A DNA stretch of 64,000 nucleotides. Origin: Proteromonas lacertae. Taxonomy: Eukaryota. The stretch spans positions 1 to 64,000 of the forward strand of contig NGBS01000011.1 in the NCBI GenBank assembly GCA_002245135.1, in the 5' to 3' direction. The notes under the pieces are model-generated. The model was not told the DNA's origin, did not search any database, and saw only the letters and a list, made by a program, of their open reading frames with translations. Position 1 is the stretch's first letter; each line of letters begins with the position of its first letter. The position numbers and the translations under genes are program-made. Of the stretch, positions 55,310 through 64,000 are shown piece after piece.

Positions 55310-55365
<56 letters not shown>

Positions 55366-56635
55366 ATGGTTGACTTAATGAGAAACTGGGTAATGATTTC
55401 TTACTTTTCTTTAATTCATTATATTCCTTAGTTGAATTGGTTTGAGGTGGAAGTGATTTATTTGCATTTTCATTAATAAAATCATTAACATTCTTATTGG
55501 ATGGTATAAATTCTTGAATATCAGAATCTTGTGAAGAATCAGTTCTTTGATAAGATAAAGAAGGTGATGAGTTTTCATGACTGTTATTATTATTATTCGA
55601 TTTTCTTGCTTGAATATGTGGTAAAGATCTTGCTATATCTGCTTCTTCCATTTTGTCTACTAAATCTTCTTGTATTAGTCTTTCATGAGCTTGTTGGATT
55701 ACTATTGGTTTATTTACTTCTTCTGGTAATGGATGTTTCATATTATCCACTATTCCTTCACCTGGAATTTCTTCTAAATCAGAATCAGAATCTCTCTGTT
55801 GTTGTTCTTCTTCTTGTGTTTCTTGTTGCTGTTCTACAACTGGTTGACTATTTTCCAATTGAGGTGATATTTCATTATTGGTAACTTTATTCGTATTTGA
55901 TGAAACATGTTGTTGTTGTTGTTGATATTGTTGTTGTTTCATTTGTTGTTGTTGTTGCTGCTGCTTCTGCTTTTGCTTAATCTGTTGTTGTGGTTGTGAT
56001 TGTGGTCTTGGTTGATGATGAGGTTTTGATTGTTGTGTTTTGGGAGTTTCAAATACATAATTACTCATATTAGGATCATAATCCATTACAGTCAAATTAT
56101 TATAATCAACTGGATCATATCCATCACATACTATATTATTGTCATAATATTTAGCTGGTTTCCACTTTGATATATCTATTGGTTTCATTACTGTACCATT
56201 ACTGATGTTGGGAATTGGTTCATGAGATTCTTTAACAAATGGTGGTGAAGGATTCTTATTTAGAAACTCATAAAAATCACTTTCATCTTCTGTATATGAA
56301 CTTCCTCCAATTGAAGGAATTGGAGCAGTTTGATTATCTCTAGTTGGGTAATCGCTGTATTTATTAGTTTCGTTAGGCAATATTGATGGAGGTCCCATAT
56401 GTGGAGGATAATAAGCATATTTATTATCTTGTGAACTTGTTTCTATATACGGTAAAAAAACAAATGTAATACTCTTTTTAGAATCATCGTTGTTTTGCTT
56501 ATTATTTTTTGTGTCTTGTTTTGAAGAAGTTTTTACTGCTTTTGAATTTGATTGATGACTGTCTCTGTTTTTGGTTGAATTAGGTGTATTGCTGTTATAT
56601 TTGGTATTGCTGTTTGTATTATGACCTGTTTTCAT
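54536..56635 (-). CDS. Low-complexity, probably disordered protein with C-terminal CaaX (SKCCIIQ*)
   Basis: 699-aa ORF with poly-Q, poly-N and (EK)n tracts, ending CCIIQ. Confidence 0.75.
54656..54826. repeat. TTTTTC hexamer microsatellite encoding (EK)n on the minus strand
   Basis: Directly visible tandem repeat. Confidence 0.95.
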
Positions 56636-56845
56636 TTTCTACTACTTCTGTATTTAATTATTATTTCCAAAGTGTGAAATTAAAAAAATGTTGAAATTGG
56701 AGCAAAAAGTTTCACACCCCAATATCATTCTCAAAACGAAAATCATTTTCCATAATTAACTTTCATCTGTATTATGCTTAATTTCACTATCCCAGAAAAA
56801 AAAAACATTTAAATATATTGAAATCAATACTTACCTACATCTAAC

Positions 56846-57767
56846 CTACTTTGCATTATCATAACCAAAATGATGACCGTTGTGAATCAAATGTAATGTT
56901 TCTAATGCAAATATCAAAAATAACCCTCCACCTAAGAAACCCATCGTTCTTTCAGAAATTCTTGAAGATAACAACTTTCCACACAATTCAGCTAATACAG
57001 TAGTAACAACATGACCCATAATACCACCAATAATTGCTATAAAACAATAAATAACTAACAAAATTAAAAATACTTCCCCACAAATCAGCAGTAGCACTGA
57101 AAGCAACAATAGATAATTGACTTGGATCTCCCCATTCAGCACAAAATGTTAATAAAAATACAGTCCACCATATCTGATTAAAAAGATTAGCTATACCGTT
57201 TCTTACGTTTGGACGTGGGGTTTTATCTGATGAATTAGCTTCAGAAGCTGTTAATGGTAATTCTTCACTTCTAAAAATCAGTATAGTGTTTTTATATACG
57301 AATCTACTTCAGATTTTTCTCTATCATCCTTGTTACTAGGAGTAGCATAGTATGAATCCCTTAATTGCTTAACACCAAAGAAGACAAACTATAAAATATA
57401 TGATATAGATAATACTAAGATAAATGAAAAGTATAATGCATATTCTCTTGGAAATAATTTTGGAACAGAATAGCCGATCACTACAGTGAATACATGTATG
57501 ATGGATAAAGCCAGCATAGTTCCTATAAACACAGCCACTCTAAAGGAAATAGAAAAATATCATACTTGCTGTGTTTCATTGACATTAATGTTGTAACCAT
57601 AAAGCTTTTATCACCAAATTCAGTCACAACCATCATAACACAACTATAAAATAAATTGGTCAACTATACCTCTGCCAGAGAGACTGGAAGAAATTTAAAG
57701 ACACATGATGCGCCTGTTCAGCAACCTATGTATTAAAATAGCAAAAAATATCTCATACTCTCTGCAT
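56846..57767 (-). CDS. GDT1/TMEM165 (UPF0016) Ca2+/Mn2+ transporter
   Basis: Two family motifs, TEFGDKSF and AEWGDPSQ, with hydrophobic helices and ISERTMGFLGGGLFLIFA; multiple tiny introns. Confidence 0.88.
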
Positions 57768-57900
57768 TTTAAATGTTATATAAAAATGATATTATTTTGG
57801 GTGGAATTTCAAAATAGATTTGAATTATCATTTTTTCTGAATCATTTAGTTATTTTGAAGGTGTAGAATATTTATAAGAATTTATAGCAACACATATATA

Positions 57901-58237
57901 ATGGATAAATCGATTAAAAGAAAGCAAAAGAGTGATTACTGTTTATTTCTTCCTGCTGCTTTTCATGTATATAAAACATTATATATTAGGTGAGAAAATG
58001 GAAGAAAGTGTGGGTAGAAGAAGGAGCTTATCCAAAATTTAAATGGGTTCCTGTTAATCAACCATATCCAACTCCAATACCACCAGAATTTCTTGAAAGT
58101 ATGTAGTATAATTATTTAATCTATATATAGTAAATAATAACAAAAACCCTCAAATGACTACTCGTAGAAGTTACAGATTGTCTTTAAAAGATGATAAATC
58201 AGGAGATACACCAAGAGATGATCTAATAGAAGAGTAA
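57901..58237 (+). CDS. BCL7-like small SWI/SNF (BAF) subunit, 93 aa, 3 exons
   Basis: Exons 57901-57966, 57990-58098 and 58131-58237 splice in frame and give VRKWKKVWVEEGAYPKFKWVPV, resembling the BCL7 motif VRKWEKKWV...KWVPV. Confidence 0.7.
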
Positions 58238-58422
58238 TTAGAACTGTGATCAATTTACTGTAATTTATAACTTAAAGATGTTTTTGTTTGTTAATTGTGG
58301 ATTTTATTAGCATAACTTTATGAAAAAGATATTTGTATGATTATATAATCTATATATAAAGAAATAAATCAATTTAAAAAATCAAACAGGTTTGATTCTA
58401 ATTTTAAATAATTCAAGTTTTC

Positions 58423-59194
58423 ATGACAATAGAAGAAACAAAGAGAGATTTTCTAGAAGATACATACAAATTTACAGATGAAGCAACTGTACTTGGATTA
58501 GAAAAGCAAGAAGATGGTAATTTTATTATTTATTTGAGCAATACTATATTTCATCCACAGGGAGGTGGTCAGCCATATGAACCTGGAGTTATATCAAATG
58601 ATAAAGCAGTTTTTAATGTAAATAAAGTATTAATGAGTAAAACAGTGAGTGGTGTTATTGAACACTATGGTACATTTGAAAACGAAAATATTTTTGAAAA
58701 CGGAGATAAAGTGTCATTAAAAATAGATGAAAAGGCAAGAAGATTACATGCAAGATTACATTCATCAGGTCATTTACTAGATCAAGCAGTATCAGCAGCA
58801 GGTTATAGTTTTCCTACTTCTAAAGGCAATCATCGACCAGGTGAAAGTTTTGTGGAATACATAGGAAAGATAGATGCAAAAGAAAAAGAAGAATTTTTGA
58901 AAAAAGTCCAAGTAGAATGTGATCGTTTGGTTGCTGAAGCAATTCCAACTAAAATCAACTACGTAGATCCTGCTGATACTCCTCATGACACTTCATTCTT
59001 AAAACCAGGTGAAAAAGTATAATTATCAATAATTGCTTTGAATATAGGCTAGAATTGTATGTGTAGCTGGTGATTGTGATTATCCATGCTCTGGTACACA
59101 TGTGAAGAATTCAAGTGAAATAGGAAAACTCACTTTAATCAAAGTGTCTTGTAAAAAGGGAGTAATTAGAGTTTCTTATAAAGTTGATGAATAA
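58423..59194 (+). CDS. Free-standing alanyl-tRNA editing protein (AlaX-type)
   Basis: TIFHPQGGGQP, RRLHARLHSSGHLL (HxxxH) and, after an intron, YPCSGTHV (CxxxH). Confidence 0.9.
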
Positions 59195-59256
59195 AAACAA
59201 CAACAAAAAGAAAATTAATGTAATGATAAAATATATAAACGGTAATTTGACTATTT

Positions 59257-59864
59257 TTAAATGTCTTTTGGTATATTGTCTTTAATATCACTCAATAATG
59301 TCTTTAATTTTGATACAAGTACTATGTTATATGAAATAGAGAATATACAGTGAAAATTTGGATCAGCTATACATTGCAAGATGTATGTTTTCAACTCAGG
59401 ATTTGATAAATCATTGAAAAATGATAAGGATGTGTTATCCTTTGTGCTTATGAGATTCTGATTAAATGATTTTTTCACTTGAAATCCAATACCAGTCAAA
59501 CTATCAACTGCATCATTAAAATCACCTGAATTGAAGAATTTCACACAGAATTCTTTTCGAATCTATAAGCAAATGATATATTGATAAGTGCTACATTTCT
59601 GGACTCTATCATAAATATGATTTTGGCTTTGGATTCTGGTATTAATATAAAAACCCTGTATTTCTTTGACAGAACTTCATCAATACTTGCTTGCTCCTAT
59701 AAATCATTGAATTGTATTTTCAATCTTACCTCATTCTTGTGTGTGTTTGAATTGATTACTAAAAACTCTTCTTCACTACATGAGACAGCAAGTTGGTATT
59801 TGCCTTTGTGCTTCATCCACTTTCCATTTAATTTAACTCCGTATAACACTTCCCAGACTAACAT
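59257..59864 (-). CDS. REC114-like meiotic double-strand-break factor (4 exons, about 170 aa)
   Basis: Spliced: MLVWEVLYGVKLNGKW...IIFMIESRN|IRKEFCVKFF..DFNDAVDSL...LSNPELKTYILQCIADPNFHLLVSKLKTLL. Confidence 0.6.
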
Positions 59865-60288
59865 TTGTAAGTGATGGCGGAATATGTCTTCGTCTCGGAA
59901 TTGTTTTCAATAATTATTTTATTTGCACATAGTACATATGAGGATAATATAATTTTATATAAACTTGTTATAACAACAAATTAAAAACATTCTTCGATTC
60001 AATGCTTTTTTTCATACAAAACACATAATTATGCAGTTTTTAAGTTAGAGGAATATAATTCACTTGATTTTACACACTCATTTTTGAAATATATTTGAAA
60101 AGATTATTATAATATCATTTTACATCAATACAGATTGAGTCAAATAGGTTATATATAAAACATACAACCCATCTTTCTTGTCTTCTTCCAAAAAAGAATT
60201 GTTGTAACACCATTCAAAATAGATTTGACAAACCAAAGGCTTGGCTAAAGAATTGAGTTTCTAATTGCAAAATAGATTCGAAAGTCAG

Positions 60289-61694
60289 ATGAATTTATTT
60301 TCTTATAGCTGTCTCTCTACTTCATTCGTCGTATGTCAAATGTTGATAATAATTTGCACCATATGTTTGCCGCACTTCTGTCCTCATTTAGTTCAACAAT
60401 TCACTTCAGACTTGTTAAATTTACTGTATTTAAACATATATATTGTATTGTATTTATATATAGACTAGGTAAAGATTTTTATCTGATATTTATATTCATA
60501 ATTGTGGTATTGATCTTACTAGGTTTTGTTATTCAACTATTCTTTTACTCTCCAATGGCTTATGAGAATTACACTGATAATATATCTCCATCAATCAAGA
60601 ATGATAGAAAATTATCAAAGAATTTTGAATTTGTTGAAGAATACACACCTTCAAAAGAAAAAACAACCACTCAATATACTAATAACCCTATTGAAAGCAT
60701 AAGACTACTTCAGTCTACTTCATCAAACCCATCTATTTCAACATCACCAATTCAGGTGCTTCATCCAACACCAAATACAACTTCAAATCCAATATCAAGC
60801 AGTGCAACCTCTACAATCAGTGAAAAATGTGCGTCACCATTAAATGAAGGTAGAAGAAGAAGAAGCTCCAGTATATCCTTACCAGGTTCAAAAACAGTAG
60901 TGCCATTATGTGAAAACGAATATAAAAACATGTATGATGTGAATAAGTGTATTAGTCCAAATTATGAAATTGCCAAGTCAATAGTGGATGATAATTTATA
61001 TAGAATATGCAGAATCCCATTAAGTCCAGAACAAGCATTAGATCATACATTTTTAGAAAGAATTAACAAATTAGCAAAATTAAATCACCCTTATTTACCT
61101 AGGTATTATAAGGCTTGGTTTGAGAAGAAAGATAATGTGAGTAACAGTTTTATTACAGAGGCAAGATTATCATATTCAAATCTAAGTCAATATTACAAGG
61201 AAGAAATAGAAGAAGAGAATGAAAATGAAAAAGAAGTGGAAATAAAGCCAGTAGAAAAAGATAAAAAGAAGAAGAAAGATAAAACCAATAATAAAAAGTG
61301 TGTTCAATTGGTCTTTTCACCATCCAGTAATGAGGAGTATGATAATGGAACATGTGATTCACCATCAACATATGCAAAATTCTTTATTGAAGCTAACAGT
61401 TTAAAAGATTATAATGAAGAAGAAGAAGATGATGATGATGATGAAAGATATTATAAGAATAACAATAAAAATGATAAATTAAAAGAAAGTGAAGAAAAGA
61501 AGAAGAATATGAAGAAGAAAAATAGATTATATGGAATGAATGGAAGAAATCATCGAATATGTGATAAAGTATGTAATAAAATAGAAAGAGTTCCATCACT
61601 TCAGGACTTTAGTAAGGATTATATATTGTACATTCAAATACAATTCTTTCATGCTCCTTCATTAGAAGAAGTATTGAAACTTCATAAACAAGTA

Positions 61695-61728
<34 letters not shown>

Positions 61729-61893
61729 AATAGTTGCCTGAATTATATTCAATAAGAATAATCACACAAATTAGTGAAGCTTTGAAGTATTTACACGATT
61801 TGAATATAAGGCATGGAAACTTGAATAATGAAAGTGTTTATTTATACGAAGATGGTACAATTAAACTACAAGATATTGCTTTATATGTTTATG

Positions 61894-61930
<37 letters not shown>

Positions 61931-62409
61931 GTTGATAGAACAATAGAAAGGAAAATGATCAAAAAGAAGAAGAAAAAGACTTGTTTATTGATGATATATA
62001 TTCATTAAAGAAATTAATGATGAGTTTAATATCAGATCCACCTTCAGAAATTACAAATCTATTAAATGAATTTACACAATTAACAATGAGAGAAATCAAT
62101 ATGAAATTGAATGAAATATTAAAGAATAGATGTTTATTGAAAGATAAATATGATGTAAATAAACTAAGATTCTATGTAAAAGTGAAGAATAGTAACTTTT
62201 TAAATGATTTATTGATGAAGTTTAACAATAATGATATGAGATTAAGCTGTAATGAGAAATGTGAATGTTATGAAATAGAATTGAATGGTATTAAAAATAA
62301 TAATGAAGAAGTGAAAGTTGTTATAAATGATATTAAAAAGATGAGTGGAGTTGTTGATGTTAGAGATAATAGAAGTATGTTGTTGAATTTTGTTGAAGAT
62401 TTTTTGTAG
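60289..62409 (+). CDS. Membrane-anchored eIF2-alpha-kinase-type pseudokinase (start uncertain)
   Basis: TM segment FYLIFIFIIVVLILLGFVIQLFF; LAKLNHPYLPRYYKAWFE, long acidic/basic insert, LYIQIQF, ALKYLHDLNIRHGNL, IKLQDIA. Confidence 0.7.
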
Positions 62410-62554
62410 ATTTATTATTAAATATTTATTTATTTAGTAAATGTTTTCATTGAATGGTAATTTAATTTGAATAGAAATACAAAAACAAAAATATTTAACA
62501 AAAAGATTAAATTACTATAAATATATATATTTCTATAATTATTCCATCTATTTT

Positions 62555-63833
62555 CTAATTTCTAATCTCCTGTTCTGGATCTGGCTGTTCACTAGACATA
62601 GTACAATTCAATAATTTTGAACTATCAGCATTACTACTTCTCTTTCTAGCAGGATTTAAAGGAGAATTAACAAATGAACAATTTGATAAATGACTATGAC
62701 TTCTAGCAGCATTTGAACTCATCCCTTTGTTACACATATTCGTATAACTACTACCTATTTTCTTCAGTCTATGAATACTAGGATTACAAGCTGCACTCGA
62801 GCTTAAAAATTGTATTTGCAGTTGATTTAATATCTCTACTAATCGTTTTTCTTGTTGATCTGTAGTTTCACAACAATATTCATAATAAAAAGGATTTGGA
62901 TAATTATTAAATGATCTTTTTAAGACTGTACAACACGTCTCAGGAGGTAGCATACCATTATTATTACGTAAATATTCTACAATTTGTGGCATTTCTTTAA
63001 TTCTTCTATTTATGGTGCCCCAATAATTATCTAATGTGTGTTTGGAGAGTTGAAGTCGAAAAAGCGTTAAACTTTCAAATATTTCATTTACATCAGCTAA
63101 AAGATCGATAAAACGTGAAAATAACATATATCCTTTATTCTCCCTATTAAAATATATAAAAAATATATATATTAATTTTTATACTCAGCATATTGTTGAT
63201 AATAATCCATATAAAAATCACTTGCACTTAATCCCATAAAAACTAAATAATCTCTATACAAATCCATTGATATTTTATTTACATCAGTCATACCGAGAAA
63301 TGCAAATGAACACATTATTATCATATCTGTTGGAAGTAACATATGTGAAGAGACTAAAAATAAAAAAGAATGCCAGGATAGGTAATGCTCTTTGGTTTTG
63401 TAGGATGAATATATAGCTTTTCCATACCCGCTATCACAACTTATTTTTAAATATCTGAACCAATCGTCGATAGATACAGAGTAATTGTTGAAACTAAGTA
63501 AAAATAAAAAATAATAGTATACTATCTGCAACATCGAATATATATTTCCTGTAGTCTGCAAACTTCGTAAGTATTGTCTAAATATTATATTCATTAACCA
63601 TACAATAAAAACACTCACATACCCAAGCATCTTTCGCTGTTAGATGAAAAAGTAATCTATATGGCGTTTTATATAATGTTTTATATTGTTCAGTCAGTAT
63701 TGTAGAAGCATTTCTCTAGCCAATATAAAAATACACCTTATATACTATTTCCTGCTCTTGAGCTATTGACTCAACGACTAAATTGAGTACATAATATAAA
63801 TGTTATACTATCATGGCTATCACCCTCATCCAT
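62555..63833 (-). CDS. EF-hand family protein, distant third paralog of 3209-4853 and 9895-11620
   Basis: Spliced from ATG 63833 (MDEGDSHD|IVESIAQEQEI|RNASTIL...); the shared blocks are listed in the findings. Confidence 0.65.
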
Positions 63834-64000
63834 TGATTTAGTTAAAAAATGAAAATCAAAACGATTTTTTTCACAAACCAATTTTGACTTTTTTTGTTTT
63901 TAATGAAACAATTCATAATGACCTGAAACATGGTTTAGTATTTATATTTTATGTGTTTTATTAAGTCTCATACGTTTATATATTCAAGGTTAGGTGAAAT

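Noticed and set aside
58285..58292. TGTTTGTT, the Blastocystis motif linked to stop codons created by polyadenylation
   Set aside because: It lies about 48 nt after a genomic TAA, and every gene I could trace has an encoded stop. Only a generic U/GU-rich 3' element is supported.
58423..59194. AlaX as a recent bacterial transfer
   Set aside because: It has an intron and host-like composition, and free-standing AlaX occurs in many eukaryotes. A phylogeny would be needed.
60333..60463. ORF-track N-terminus MSNVDNN... of the pseudokinase
   Set aside because: It reads through a likely 38-nt intron (60426-60463); the real upstream exon is probably in another frame.

Overview
Gene-dense, very AT-rich eukaryotic DNA using the standard code (TAA/TAG/TGA stops) with many tiny GT..AG introns (about 23-45 nt), so most ORF-track entries are exons. 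A Sig1/Ocm1-type mastigoneme-like protein points to a stramenopile, and ARMC9 plus a TTLL point to a flagellate. An opalinate relative of Blastocystis such as Proteromonas is a guess, not a result. About 24 genes can be read: G-alpha, UBL protein, three EF-hand paralogs, TTLL, PWI/SRRM1, CID protein, mastigoneme-like protein, mL46, DBP7, ARMC9, multi-PHD protein, MABP-USP, GDT1, AlaX and others. Highlights: (1) one polypeptide fusing a soluble-type twin class III adenylyl cyclase and P-loop NTPase to a C-terminal class I phosphodiesterase; (2) a 4.7-kb CACTA/EnSpm transposon with CACTATAAAAA termini between two tandem paralogs; (3) a mastigoneme-like protein with six ~210-aa Cys-containing repeats inserted; (4) two small intron-split genes the ORF track misses or fragments, REC114-like (meiotic DSB) and BCL7-like; (5) a membrane-anchored eIF2-alpha-kinase-type pseudokinase; (6) a recurrent TCAAGC/AATCAAA candidate promoter motif. 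All calls come from motif recognition by eye. No searches were run.
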